Origin: Okamejei kenojei
Lineage: Eukaryota
Length of the DNA stretch: 64,000 nt
Assembly (NCBI GenBank): GCA_035221665.1
Contig: CM069131.1
Location: 170,004,001-170,068,000 of the forward strand
Direction: 5' to 3'
Position numbers and translations under genes: made by a program. Positions 23,926 through 36,919 of this stretch are shown here, in pieces (position 1 is the first letter of the stretch; each line of letters begins with the position of its first letter). The notes below the pieces were generated by a model. That model was not told the origin of the DNA. It saw only the letters and a list, made by a program, of their open reading frames with translations, and ran no database searches.

Positions 23926-25727
23926 ATTTTTTATACAGTTTGGAGCCTGAAATGCACTGTCTGGGATGGTGGTGCAGACAAATACAACAGTGGCATTTGA
24001 GTCAGTCAGTCAAGCACATGAACATGCAGACAATGAAGGGATATGGATCACGTGCAGAGAGGTGGGATTATTGAATTCAGTAGAACGATTGACATGGACA
24101 TCATAGGCCAAAGGGCCTGTTCCAGGGCTGTAAATATAAATGATGTTCTTTAAATAAATATTAACAGAATGCAAGAGAAATTAAAAAAACAAAACAAATG
24201 ACAGTTTAAATACAGACAATCTGACAAGTCCAAAGCCATATGAGGCAGAATTCGAAACTTCCAAACTAACAGTACACGTAAAGTAATAATTGGGTTGAGA
24301 CCCTTCAGACTGGCTTCAGACTGGAAATGTCACCTATTCCTTTTATCCAGAGATGCTGTTTGACCCGTTGAGTTACTCCAGCTTTTTGTGTCCATCTATA
24401 ATTTATCTGTAGCTCATTCTGTGGGCTGAATCCTTAGCTTGTAAGCAAAGATAAATGAACCTTAAGAAGATTAGAAGATAATGCTGGCAGAAATTACTCT
24501 TCTTGCGTATGGAGTGCACAGCCTAAAGTTGCAAGGCAACTTGTTCTGTTTGATCTTCTGTTTGTGCGCGCCAGGTTGATTGCATTTGTCGAAACAGGGT
24601 GGGCCACGTGAAGGTTGCAATCTCCCACCCTGCAGAAATGACTAAATATGGAGCAAACTAAATGTGATAATGGTCAATAAAACATACTTGAATGTTTGTA
24701 GTGCAACTTGTTTTATTTACCACCGTTGTAAGCAGCCAAGGTCCTACACTCTGTAATTCCCTCTTGTTGGGTAACGAGGAAGGACACAAAGTGCTGGAGT
24801 AACTCAGCGGGTCAGGCAGCCTCTGGAGAACATGGATAAGTGAAGCTTTAGATCGGTGCCTTCTTCAGAGAGAAACGTCACCTATCCATGTTCTCCATGT
24901 GCGGCCGGACCCACTGAATTACTCCAGCACTTTGTGTCTTTTTTTGTAAACCAGCATCTGCAGTTCCTTGTTTTCTTCTTTGTTTGATAACGATAGTGTG
25001 GAGCCTCGTGGGGATTAACCATTACGGAACAGGCCTCTCGGCCCTTCCAGTTTTGTTTTCGCCTAGTCCCATCTACCTGTTACCCTCCATTCCCTCCCGA
25101 CTGCCTCCACCACTTCTGCTGGAAGCTATTCCACACAGCCACCATCTGAGTAAAGAAGTAACCCCTCACATTACCCCTAAAACTTCTGTCCCTTAATATG
25201 TCAAATCTTCCCTACCTTCAATGGGAAAAGCTTATCTCAACTCTGTCTATCCCTTTCATCATTTTAAAGACCTCAATCAAGTCCCCCCTTAAACTTTTGC
25301 GCTCCAAAGAATAAAGACCTAACTTGTTCAACCTTTCTCTGTAACATAGTTGCTGGAACCCTGGCAACATTCTAGTAAATCTCCTCTGTACTCTCTCTAT
25401 TTTGTTGACATTAAAGGTACTACTAGAGTACTAGAGAACTACTATCTACCTCATTGCTGACGCTCGGATTATTTTCGATCAGACTTTACAGCTTTAACTT
25501 GCACTAAACATCATTCCCTTATCATGTAATCCATTCACTGTGAATGGCTCGATTGTAATCGTGTATAGTCTTTCCGTTGACTGGTTAGCGTGCAACAAAT
25601 ACTTTTCACTGAACCTCAGTACACGTGACAATAAACCAAACGGAACTGAAAATGGCAATGTTGTTTTATCTGACCCTCTGCTCTTCACTTCGATTGAGAT
25701 TTGATATCTTGTTTCCTATCTTCAAAG

Positions 25728-25807
25728 ATCGTCTGTACCAGCACAATGTCTCCACCCTGGAGAAAATCCACCAGGAGTGGCAAATGGAGCACATCAAGAC
25801 CTGTGAG
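25728..25807 (+). CDS. PSTPIP2: PSTPIP2 coding exon (80 nt, phase 1-0): DRLYQHNVSTLEKIHQEWQMEHIKTCE
   Basis: tttcctatcttcaaAG acceptor and GAG|GTGGGT donor. Matches human DKAYMLHIGTLDKVREEWQSEHIKACE. Confidence 0.95.
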
Positions 25808-27094
25808 GTGGGTTTGAGTGGGCAGTGGGTAGAGGGCAGTGGACCTACAAGAGGCATTCAACTCATGCCAACCCTTCCTGTGAGGCAGCTTTGTGCTCAG
25901 CCCTTCAAGGCTGCTGTGGGTTAAGAGGGAAAGATAGATCGCCCACGATTGAAAGGTGGGGTAGATTTGATGGGCCGAATGGCCTAACTCTGCTCCTATC
26001 ATTTATGAATTTACATATTTTTGCAAACAGGAAAAATTATAAACCTATGAACTTATTATGCAGATGCTGATTAATACATGGAAGGACACAGAGTGCTGGA
26101 GTAACTCAGCAGATCAGGCAGCATCGCTGGGAGCTGGTCAGGTTTGTTCGAGACCGAGTCTGAAGAAGGGTCCCAACCTGAAACGTCATCTCTCCATGTT
26201 CTCCAGGGATGCTGCCTGACCTGCTGAGTTACTCCAGCGCGTTGATTCCATCATCAGCCGTTCCTGAAGAAGGGTCTCGACTCCAAACGTCACCCATTCC
26301 TTCTCTCCAGAGATGCTGCCAGTCCCGCTGAGTTACTCCAGCTTTTTGTATCTAACCTTGTTTTTCTGTTTACCCCTTCCGAGTGTGCGCTGAATTTGCA
26401 AATAAGAACCTTACTTGTTTCTATTTTTAAAAGTGTGAATTACTGGAAACCCTCTTCCTGACACATTGCAATTCACAAATAAAACGGGCATAGCTCATAG
26501 CTGGTAAGGGGAAGTGGTGAGCAAAGGGGATGTGTGCCTCTGAATATACAAATTCAATCATGTGTATCACTCAACCTCCTGCTTTGCTCCCTTCTCACCT
26601 CTCCCCTTCTCTCATGCACTCTTCATTCTGACTTCCCGCACCCACCCCCCCTTCGCACTACCCCTGATAAACCCCTCCCTTCTGACTCACAGCCCTGCTC
26701 CCTCTTGCCTCCTGCTTTCCTCTTTTCAATGGCCAAGTCAGTGGATATTTTTAAGGCAGAGATAGACAGATTGCTGATTAGTACGGGTGTTGGGTTATGG
26801 GGAGAAGGCAAGAGAACGGGGTTGAGAAGGAAAGATAGGTCAGCCATGATTGAATGGTGGAGTAGACTTGATGGGCCGAATGGCCTAATTCTGCTCCCAT
26901 CACTTAAGAATCTTTCTATCTCTGCCTTTTCACCTCTTTCACTGCTAGCTCCATCCTTTGCTCCCCCTTCCTCCCTTTCGTGCTGCCCTTTATCGTAAGA
27001 CGTGGGACTAGAATTAGGCCATTCGGCCCATCGAGTCTACACCCCATCTATTCAATCATGGCTGATCTGTTTTTCCACCTCAACCCCAATTCTC

Positions 27095-28165
27095 CAGCCG
27101 TCTCCCTTTCACCCCACACTGCTCTCCCTCCTTCCCATCTCCTGCTCCCTTTCCTCCTCCTCCTCCTCCTCCTCCTCCTCCTCCTCCTCCCCATCCCTCC
27201 TACTTCATTCCCTGCAACAGCTCCCCATTCCTTTTCCTCATTCACCTTTTTCCCACTGCTACTTCCCCTTTCATCCCCCCCCCTGGCTGCCGATAGCCCC
27301 CATTTTCCCTGATTTTCTGCCTCCCTCCAACCTGTTTCTCCCGACTCCCAGCTTCAGTCCCTCCCTACTATTCTCACCCCTCTTCTCCCCTTTCCTGCCC
27401 CTACCCACTCTCTCCCCTGTCAGGACCTCCCACTTTCCTTGACCCCATCCCCCATGACTCCAGTTTCCTGCTGCTTCCTACTCCCTGGCCTCACCTTTCC
27501 AGGGTCCAACCAGGCTTCCCCCTCCCTTTCCAATCTCCCCTCTCCCCTCTCCAATCTCTCATCCCCTCCCTCTCCAATCTCCCCTCCCTCACTCCAATCT
27601 CCCCTCTCCTTCTCTACCCCCCCAGCACCAATCCCCCCCCCCCCCCCCGCTTTCCTGCTTCCTGTTGTTTTTAAGTACGAGCCACTTCAAGAGCTCTCCC
27701 AAGTTTAAAAAAAAAATCAAACTTGTGGTACGTAGAATGTACGTAGCGGGTACGCTGGAGCTCGGGACGTCTCTTAGCGGCTTGTAACGCTAATGGCAGG
27801 TACTCGGGAAGATTCGTGAAGATTTTTCAACATGTTGAAAAATGTCTACGAGATCCCCGAGTACCTACGAGCGTAATTCTCCGAGTTCAAAAAAGGGGAA
27901 ACTCGGGATAACTCTTGAATTAGCTCATACAGCGGGACAGCCCCATACTGCCCCAACGCTCCCTCGATCTCCCCTGACTCCCCCAACAGGTTCCCCCGAT
28001 TCTCCCCTCACACTCGCACCCCTTTGACTACCCCCTCTCACGTTTCCCTTGACTCCCTCCCTCATGTCCCCCAGACTCCCTTCCTCAGGTCCCCCCTCTG
28101 TCACCCTCCCTCCCTCACTGACAACCCCCTCTGTCTCCCCCCCCCACCCCCCGACTCCTTCCTTT
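27095..28165. repeat. Polypyrimidine low-complexity tract, including (TCC)n at ~27152-27190, interrupted by a MITE remnant at ~27675-27945
   Basis: Plus strand is almost all C and T. The remnant ends in gggacagcccc, the TIR end of the Harbinger-like MITEs. Confidence 0.7.
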
Positions 28166-28937
28166 GTACTAGTAGAATTAACCTTGGTAATGAAAGTGAT
28201 ATTCTTTGAGCTCTTGGTTGTTCCAAGCTCAGCAGTGACACTGGGAGGCCCTGGGTGGAATTACACCTGTGTGTAGTATACAAGAAGAAAGCGAGGTCAT
28301 TATGTGTCAGATTTCCAGCTTTTCCAACCAATTTAAAACAGGTTTCCACCTGAATTTATAGTCCAAAAAAACTGTTAGTGTTCATTTCACCATGATATCT
28401 ATTATAATAGAAGAGAGAGGCTGTCTATGTAAATACCCCGCAAAACAGAGCAGACGATGAAGATTTACATAGAAATATAGAAAACTAAGACTGCAGGAGA
28501 TTAAGAGGGGATCTTATAGAAACTTACAAAATTCTTAAGGGGAATACGGAAGATGTTCCATTTGGGGAAGTCGGCCCTTCGAGCGGCAACTGTCCATTCA
28601 ATATGATTGGATGTGGCCTATGGCAGATCATCCAGAATCAGTACCCTGTTCCTGCCTTCTCCTTATATCCGTTGATTCCGTTACCCCCAAGAGCTATATC
28701 TAACTCTCTTGAATACATCCAGTGAATTAACCTCCACTGCCCTCTGCGGCAGAGAATTTCACAGGTTCACAACTCTCTGGCTGAAAAAGATTTCCCTCGT
28801 ATCAGTCCTAAATGGCCGTTTAGCCTGTCCAATCCCTTAAGAATTTTATATGTTTCCACAAGATTTCAATGGAAGTCACTGACTTCAAAGGCAGGGAAGA
28901 AAATCGGTCAAAGATGCTGTGCATTTACAGGGATTAT

Positions 28938-29315
28938 TGGGTGGCATAGTGTGCAGCTGGTAGAACTGCTGCCTCTAAGCATGTGAGACCTGGGTTCAAT
29001 CCTGACCTGGGGTGCTCTCTGTGGAGTTTGCAATTTCTCCCTGTGACCGCATGGGTTTCCTCTGGGTGCTCCAGTTTCCTCCAACATCCCAAAGGCATGC
29101 GGGTTTGGAGGTTAATTGTTCTCTGTAAAATTTTCCCTGGTGTGTAGGGGAGGTGCGAAAGTGGGATAACATAAATCATGGATCCACCTCCAGTTTCAAT
29201 TCCATTTGGAATAATTTGGAGTTCCAAGAACCAAGAATCTAACGTGAATGGGTCACAGATGGTCGGCTTGAATTCAGTGTGCCAAAAGGCCTGTTTCCAT
29301 GCTGTATCTCTCTAA
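28938..29315 (+). mobile_element. tRNA-derived SINE (HE1-like)
   Basis: Head with B-box-like GGGTTCAATCC; shared body gtttcctctgggtgctccagtttcctcc; CR1-like tail. Confidence 0.75.
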
Positions 29316-29567
29316 AGTCGACTTGCTGATAATTATCGGTGTATATATAAGTGCTTATATCTTCAGAACATTTGTTTGTTCGAGAATTTTTCTCCTCTTG
29401 CTTTAATATAGCTCCAATCCTGGATTTGTATCTTTCACGCTTTACATTTAATTGCGGACTCTGCAGCTGCCTGTAGTCTGTTCTCCACTCGATGTTTAAA
29501 CATCTGCAGGTCACTCGATGGGAATTAGAAGCAGGACAGATAATTATACCTAAATTATAAATGTGGG

Positions 29568-29862
29568 GTGGGACAGTGGCACAGCGGTAGAGCTTCTGCC
29601 TGACAGCGCCAGGCACCCGTGTTTGATCCTGACAGCGGGTGCTGTCTGTACAGTTTATACATTCTCCCCATGATCACATGGGGTTTTTCCAGTTTCCCTC
29701 CACACTCCAAAAGGTGTACGGGTTTGTAGGTTAATTGGCTTCAGTAGAAATTGTAAATTGTCCCTGGAGTGTAGGATAGTCCTAGAGTAAGGGGATCGCT
29801 GGTCGGCACGGACTCGTTGGGCCAAAGGGCTGTTTCCTTGCTGTATCCCTAAACTAAACTAA
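29568..29862 (+). mobile_element. tRNA-derived SINE (HE1-like), full length
   Basis: TGGCACAGCGG (A box), GTTTGATCC (B box), tail ctaaactaaactaaa. Confidence 0.8.
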
Positions 29863-30489
29863 AAATATAATTTTTACGTGATTCTGATGACTGCAGCCAG
29901 TACGTAATCCTTAATGTGGGGCTGTCTGTGCAAACATAACCGCGTACTCCGGCCTCATGCTATCTTTCACTTATCATAAATTACCTTGTGTCCAGCGCAC
30001 TATCTGTGTCTTGTCCTCTTGTACATTTTACCAATCATTACTTGGCAAAGGATTTGTAAAGAGATGTCATTATTTTTTGAAATATGTTTGTGCACAAATA
30101 TGCAGAACCTCCAGTGACAACGATAGAGGTGGCAAAGAGCTAAATGGGATCAGAAACAGCTCCCTTGTAAAGGGATAATTGAATACATGAAATAAAAGCT
30201 TGGAGGTGGACTGGGAGATGAAATTAGTGTAACATTTAAATCAGTCTAGATTAATGCAGTGAAAACCTTCACTTCCTGCATGGGCAATTCATTCATTCTA
30301 TTCATGAATTGAATTTGGGCAATCCTAATCCAGCCTTGTCTGAATAGAACAAGAGAACACCAAACAGTGTAGGAACAGCCCACTGGGCCCCCACAATATA
30401 CCAAATTAAATTAAGCCTATCTGCCTGCACATGGTCTGATCCATAATTTCCTTGCATGTTCATGAGTCTATCTAAAAGTCTCTTGGGCA

Positions 30490-31900
30490 ATATTGGGCAC
30501 CATATCTGAGGAAGCATGTGCTGGTCCTGGAGAGGGTCCAGAGGAGGTTTACAAGAACGATCACAGGAATGAGTTGGTTAACATATGATGAGCATTTGAA
30601 GACACTGGGCCTGTCCTCGCTGGAGTTTAGAAGAATGGGGGGGGGGACCTCATTGAAACATACCGAATAGTGAAAGGCTTGGAGTGGAATGTGGAGAGGA
30701 TGTTTCCACTAGTAGGAGAGTCTGGGACTAGAGGACATAGCCTCAGGATTAAGGGACATTAATTTAGGAAGGAGATAAGAAGGAATTTCTTTAGAGGGTG
30801 GAGAATCTGTGGAATCCTTTGCCACAGAAGGATGTTGAGGCCTAGTCAATGGATATATTTATGGCAGGGTTAGATAGATTCTTGATTAGTACGGGTGTCA
30901 GGGGTTATGGCGAGAAGGCAGGCGAATGGGATTAGGAGGGAGAGATAGATCAGCGATGATTGAATGGTGGAATAGACTTGATGGGTTGAATGACCTAATT
31001 CTGCTCCTATTACTTATGATTTATGAAAGCGTCAAGTTCTTGGTACTTCCTTAGAAGGCCTAGGGAGTTTGGCATGCCCCCAACAACTCTCACCAACTTC
31101 TACTGATGCCCCTTGGAAAGCATTTTATCGGGATGCATCACAGCATGATTTGGAAACTGCTTCATCCAAGACCGCAAGAAATTGGACGCAGCCCAAACCA
31201 TTATGCAAACCAACCTCCCTTCCATTGACTCCATCTGTACTTCGCACTGCATTGGCAAGGCCACCAGCACAATCAAGGACCAGTCTCACTCTGGTCATTC
31301 CCTCTTCTCCCCTCTCCCATCAGGTAAGAGGTACAGAAGTGTGAAAACGCACACCTCCAGATTCAGGGACCGTTTCTTCCCAGCTGTAATCAGGCAATGA
31401 ACTATCCTATTACGAACTAGAGAGTGGTCCTGACCTACCCTCTACCTAATTGGAGACCGATGGGCTATCTTTAGTTGGACTTTACTGGACTCTGCACTTG
31501 CATCTTGCACTTTATTCCCTTTACCCTGCATCTGTACACTAGGGATGGCTTGATTGTAATCATGACTAACACGCAACAAATACGTTTTTCACTGTACCTC
31601 TGTTCACATGACAATAATAAACTGAACTAACTTATAAAATGAGAGGGGGAAAATTAGAAACATAAGGGACATTTTTTATCACACAGGATGGTGGGTATGT
31701 GGAACGAGCTGCTAGATGAACTAGTTGAGGCAGGTATAATGACAACATTTTAAAGACTTTTGGACAGTTGTATGGAGAGTAAAGGTTGAGAGGGATATGG
31801 GCCAGATGCAAGCAGATGGGACTAGCTTGGATGGGGCATCTTGGTTGGCATGGAAGAGATGGGCCAAAGGACCTATTTCCACACTCTATGACTCTGATTA
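30490..31900 (+). mobile_element. Cluster of LINE 3' fragments: CR1 (~30490-31025), Rex1-type (~31045-31630), older CR1 (~31640-31900)
   Basis: CR1 tail motif gacttgatggg..gaatgacctaattctgctcct; ORF 31182 reads HSLFSPLPSGKRYRSVKTHTSRFRD. Confidence 0.75.
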
Positions 31901-32952
31901 TGACGATGCCAGATCAACTAGTAAATATTCAATTATCGAAATGTTGCACACAGATTGCAAATCAAGTTTAAGAAAAGTGAACTCTGGACAACAGATGAGA
32001 ATTAAAACAACTAGCTGATGTCATTTATGTTATCCATGTCCCCCAGAGATGCTGCCTGACCAGCTGAATTACTCCAGCACTTTGTTCTTTTTAAATTTAT
32101 TTTTAGGTAAATTAAAAGTTTTGAGTAGGAAGGAACTTCAGATGCTGGTTTAAACCGAAGATAGACACAAAATGCTGGAGTAACTCAGCAGGGACAGGCA
32201 GCATCTCTGGGGAGAAGAAATGGGTGGCGTTTCGGGTCGAGACCCTTCGTCAGACTTTGGTTTACTTATTTGGATATAAAAATAAGACCGAGCATTTTAG
32301 GTTTCTCACTGATCCTAACATTTGTCCAATATTTGTGATGAAAACATACTGGAAGCTACTCATAACCGTTCTACACCAGGCTGCAGCCCAGTTCAATGTG
32401 ATGGCAGAGCAGAAAGTAGACTCGTAGAGGCATCAGCTTCTGACATGAAGCTATGATCAGGCCCTCCTGAGATCGTTCCCCAGTGACGATGGTGACTTAG
32501 AGAATGCAGATAAAATGGTCCCAGCCAATCTTTAACACATGGTCAAGGTTTGACCTTTGGCTTGATGATTTGTGTGCGGGACTTGGCGACCTGAGTCATT
32601 GGAGCTGAAGTGATTGGAAAAAATGGAGGAGCTGTGGTGGTGGGTTGTAGTCAGTTTTGCAGCAACAAATGGCAGACAAGGCACTACGGCACATCAGGTG
32701 TGAACAATGTGGACCTTTTCCCAGTCTGCACACAGAACCCTGTAGTGAGCAACCTTACATTAAGTCAAGAATCCCATTCATATCAAACATTGCAAGGATT
32801 TTCTGACCTGAAGCAATGAGTTAAAGGTGCAACGTTTATACAAGTTCCTCTGTCAAAAAACAATTTCCTCAAACCATTCATCATGTGCTGACTGCATGGG
32901 ACCATACTGTACATACTATCTTTAACTATAGTCAGTAAAATGTTCAGCCTAA

Positions 32953-33560
32953 AGGGGCTGTCCCACTGTGGCGACCTAATCTGCGAGTTTAGAAGAGTTT
33001 GCCCTCGACTCAAACTCGCAGCATGGTCGACACATGGTCCTAGGAGGTCCTATAAGGTCACTGGAACTCTCCTTCATGCTCGAGGGAAGTTCCCGAATAC
33101 TCGCAGCCTCAGCTAGGTCGCGGGAAATTTTTCGGCATGTTGAAAAATGTTCCATGAGTAAAAATTGGTCGGCATGGTTCTTTTGAACTCGTAGTGCAGT
33201 GGAGTGGTGTCGCTATGTAGTTACAGGCAGTCGAGGGCAGCCGTAGGCAATCTCCTTCAATGACCGGGCATTTTAATTGGCTCATTTAAGTTTTCAGGAC
33301 CAAGGAAAACCGATCGGTAATTTAAGTGCCCGCTAAACTTTATTAAGCATTGTCTGACTTCTTAAAAGTGTCTCCGCTCCTTCTCCCCCCCCCCCCCCCC
33401 TTCTCCCACCTTCTCTCCCCTTCTCTCCTCTTCTTCTTCTCTCCCCCCACCCTCTCTAAAGGACTTACCGTAACTCTGCCAGCCACTTTTACCTTCCTCT
33501 TCATCGCGGGTGTGAATTTCAGACAGCGCTCCTCTGCTTTCCCTGGCCCCCGCCTTTGCG

Positions 33561-33638
<78 letters not shown>

Positions 33639-33774
33639 TCGGTCGATCCAGCTCGCGGTTTCATCGCTGACGGTTGATCCAGCTCGAGGTTTTCCAGGCG
33701 CGTGCCCTCGAGCTTGAAGATCGAAGACACTCTTGTGAACTCGCAGATTAGGTCGCCGCAGTGGGACAGCCCCT
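32953..33774. mobile_element. PIF/Harbinger-like MITE with internal (GT)n at 33563-33636
   Basis: TIRs AGGGGCTGTCCCACTGTGGCGACCTAATCTGCGAGTT and AACTCGCAGATTAGGTCGCCGCAGTGGGACAGCCCCT, flanked by TAA and TTA. Same family as 50481-51203 in the opposite orientation. Confidence 0.8.
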
Positions 33775-34331
33775 TTAATGATCCCTTGGTTTCCACAAAT
33801 TAAATGGGCAGAAAAACATGCTGGTGGCCTGCAAGCTTCAATTGATTTGTGACATCACTGTGTAGGCCAATTAATCATATAATTCCAGACAAAACCCTAT
33901 TCCTACAAGTGTGTCGATGAAGCAGGAATATTGAGGGGCAAACTGGGGCTAAATATTGCTGTAGGAAGCAACTGCAGATGCTGGTTTAAACCAAAGGTAG
34001 ACACAAAAAGCTGGAGTAACTCGGAGGGACAGGCTGCATTCCTGGAGAGAAGGAATGGGCGACGTTTCGGGTCGAGACCCTTCTTCAGGCTGTCTGTCTG
34101 AAGATGGGTCTTGACCCGAAACCTGACCCATTCCTTCGCTCCAGAGATGCTGCCTATCCCGCTATGTATATTGCTGGTTGAGTCTGAAACCTAATCTGCA
34201 TCCCCCCTGATCCCCATGGTGACTTATGGTCTGCACATTCATCTCACTTCAGGTTGCCGCAAAGATGGTCTCTGGGGAAAGGCTTGATACAGTTTTAAAA
34301 TATAGTTAAGATATAATAATTCTAAATGCAG

Positions 34332-34429
34332 GTCCTTGAGAAGCAGGACTGTGAGAGGATACACAGCATTCGTAACGCAATGTGGGTCATACCAATCAGC
34401 TCTCCCAGGAATGTGTGACCAGTGATGAG
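34332..34429 (+). CDS. PSTPIP2: PSTPIP2 coding exon, 98 nt as assembled (99 expected): VLEKQDCERIHSIRNAMWV/HTNQLSQECVTSDE with a 1-nt deletion near 34388
   Basis: tctaaatgcAG acceptor and GAG|GTAAGG donor. Matches human [33 protein letters not shown] only if one base is restored after the W-V codons. Confidence 0.9.
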
Positions 34430-34992
34430 GTAAGGGTCTTGCACATTTTCACCTATTCTTCCGTTTGGTTTTTAAAATAACTTCTCCACTTAAGTCAAAG
34501 TTTCTGGCCTATCTTCAGCTGTTCTACTCTTTCAGAAAGCTGCATTATCACCTATCTCACCTATTCTTCAATTTAGTTTTGAAAATAACTTCTGATGCAG
34601 TTTTTTTTACTCCTCTTCAACTGTTCTTTTAAAGAAAAATAGCAAGATAATGGGTTTTACTTCTAAAATATATATGAGAGGTCTGTAGACTTAAGAGGAG
34701 TCAAGGATTATGGGGATCGAGCAGGAGAGTGAAGGGGAAGATTGTATTAAACATACATTTATTGAATAACGCAGCAAACCTATGCACCGCTTCTGCTCCT
34801 GTTTTTTTAAGTTATTGCATTACAATAGACTTAGAACTACCATTAAGTTATTGTTTAGAAATCAAAATAGAAAATACTCTTGTGCTCAGCAGCATCTGTG
34901 GTGGGCGAAACAGTTGACAGACCACCCGTGCAACAAGGTCCACCTTCACCACTCTTTTACCACCTCTTCTTGCCAGCCTTACAGCCAAGTGG

Positions 34993-35262
34993 TTTAGTTT
35001 AGAGATATTGTGTGGAAACAGGCCATCGATCACTCGTGCACTTGTTCTGTTATTCCACTTACGTTTCACACACACTAGGGGCAATTTACAGAAGTCAATT
35101 AACCAACAAACCTGCACGTCTTTCAATTGTGGGAGGAAACCATTGGAGCCAGAGAAAATCCACGCATCACAGGGAGAACGTACAAACTCCGTACAGACAG
35201 CACCTGTAGTCAGGATCGAACCCAGATCTCTGGTGCTGTGAGGCAGCAACTATACCACTATA
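34993..35262 (-). mobile_element. tRNA-derived SINE (HE1-like)
   Basis: Colinear with the other copies; B-box complement ggatcgaaccc at ~35213-35223. Confidence 0.75.
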
Positions 35263-35509
35263 AAATAATTTCCTGCACTGTAGCTGCGGCAGTGACTTGG
35301 AAAATGGAATTAAGATGCAGTCAAATAGGGACAGCAACAAGTTAAAGGGGAGGAATTGTCTCTCAAGTGACCCTTTTGAGCCACTAACCCGAAACATGAC
35401 CTCAGTTTCTGTCTCCAAAGGTGATGCCTGACCAGCAGCTTCTGGTTTTATTTCTGTTTTCCAGCACTCATAGTATATTTCTTTTAGAAGTGGCTTGCCT
35501 GCAAAATAA

Positions 35510-36855
35510 TCTGGAAAGGGTACAGAGAAGATTTACAAGGACTCGAGGGTGTGAGCTATAGGGAGGAGTTGAATAAGCTGGGGCTCTATTTCTTGGAGCG
35601 CAGGAGGATGAGGGGTGAACTTATAGAGGTGTACAAAATCATGAGAGGAATAGATGGGGCAGATGCACAGAGTCTCTTGCCCAGAGATGGGGAATCGAGG
35701 ATCAGAGGGCAGCGGTTTAAGGTGAAGGGAAAAAGATTTAATAGGAATTTGAGGGGGTCACTTTTTCACACAGAGTGGTGGGTGTATGGAACAAGCTGCC
35801 AGAGGAGGCAGTGGAGACGGGGACTATCCCAACGTTTAAGAAACAGTTAGACAGGTACATGGATAGAAACATAGAAACATAGAAATTAGGTGCAGGAGTA
35901 GGCCATTCAGCCCTTCGAGCCTGCACCGCCATTCAATATGATCATGGCTGATCATCCAACTCAGTATCCGACCCTCGAAACGCCAATGAACTGGCCTCAA
36001 CTACCCTCTGTGGCAGAGAGTTCCAGAGGACTACCACTCTCTGTGTGACGGGACATGTTTAAGGCCGGAGTGAGTATCCAGTCTTTCTTCATAAGACAGT
36101 CCTGACAAGGCAGTCTGGTGAATAATGGATTTGGAGACCAAAACTGTACGCAATACTCCAGGTGTGGTCCTAGACCCTGTACAACTGAAGTAGAACCTCC
36201 CTGCTCCTGTACTCAAATCCTTTTGCTATGAAAGCTAACATACCATTCAAGACTGGTGTACCATGACTATGATTGTCAGGACAGGAAGGATTACTAGCGC
36301 TGGGACATGTTGGCCGTGTAGGCAAATTGGGCCGAAGGGCCTATTTCCATGCTGTTTCACTCTATGAATCTATGATTGCAAGGAAGATTAAGCTAGGCCA
36401 TAAAAGATAGGCTGTGAAGGTGGAACATTGTTATGCTGGTGGTATGTTTGCTGGAAATTCAGGCATTTTATTTAGTTTTTCTTTTGTAGAAAATGAAATT
36501 AGGTGCAGGAGCAGGCCATTTTCGATGCACCGCCATTCAATTGATTTATCTCCAACTAGTATCCTCAGATGTCCAACCCTCTTAAATATGGCCAGAACTG
36601 GCCTCAACTACCTTCTGTGGCAATTCCACAGATTCACGTTTTCATTTCGAAATGACTTCCCCTGTGGTCCTGGACTGGAACAATCTTCCTGCATCTAGCC
36701 TGTCCAACCCCTTAAGAATTTTTAAGTCTCTAAGATCACCCTCAGCGAGTACAAGAGTCTATCCAGTCTTTCTTCACGTGCCATCCCAGGAATCAGTCTG
36801 GTGAACCTTCTCTGTAAAGAACTTGGGAGTACGCAATACTGCAGGTGTGGCCTCA
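35510..36855. mobile_element. CR1 fragments: + strand ~35510-35865; deletion-riddled - strand copies ~35866-36250 and ~36490-36855
   Basis: ORF 35551 reads LGLYFLERRRMRGELIEVYKIM. The minus copies are colinear with 13487-14105 but lack many short segments. Confidence 0.75.
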
Positions 36856-36867
36856 CCCTTCTGTTGC

Positions 36868-36919
36868 CTGCGGAAGGTGCTGGAACAGTGCAATATTCAG
36901 ACTGGAGACGTACCGCCAG
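36868..36919 (+). other. PSTPIP2: Remnant of a PSTPIP2 coding exon: LRKVLEQCNIQ joined directly to TGDVPP; acceptor, first codons and ~11 internal codons missing
   Basis: CTG CGG AAG GTG CTG GAA CAG TGC AAT ATT CAG ACT GGA GAC GTA CCG CCA G|GTAGA versus human MYEQVRKSLEMCSIQRDIEYFVNQRKTGQIPP. Gene order and the phase-1 donor are correct. Confidence 0.8.

Noticed and set aside
26980-28349. Pro/Ser/Leu-rich ORFs (also the poly-Pro ORFs at 20039-20357 and the VC/HT ORFs at 33350-33796)
   Set aside because: Translations of pyrimidine tracts, poly-C and (GT)n microsatellites.
29568-29640. tRNA gene (A and B boxes); similar heads in the other SINE copies
   Set aside because: No convincing cloverleaf, and each head continues into a shared SINE body and LINE-like tail.
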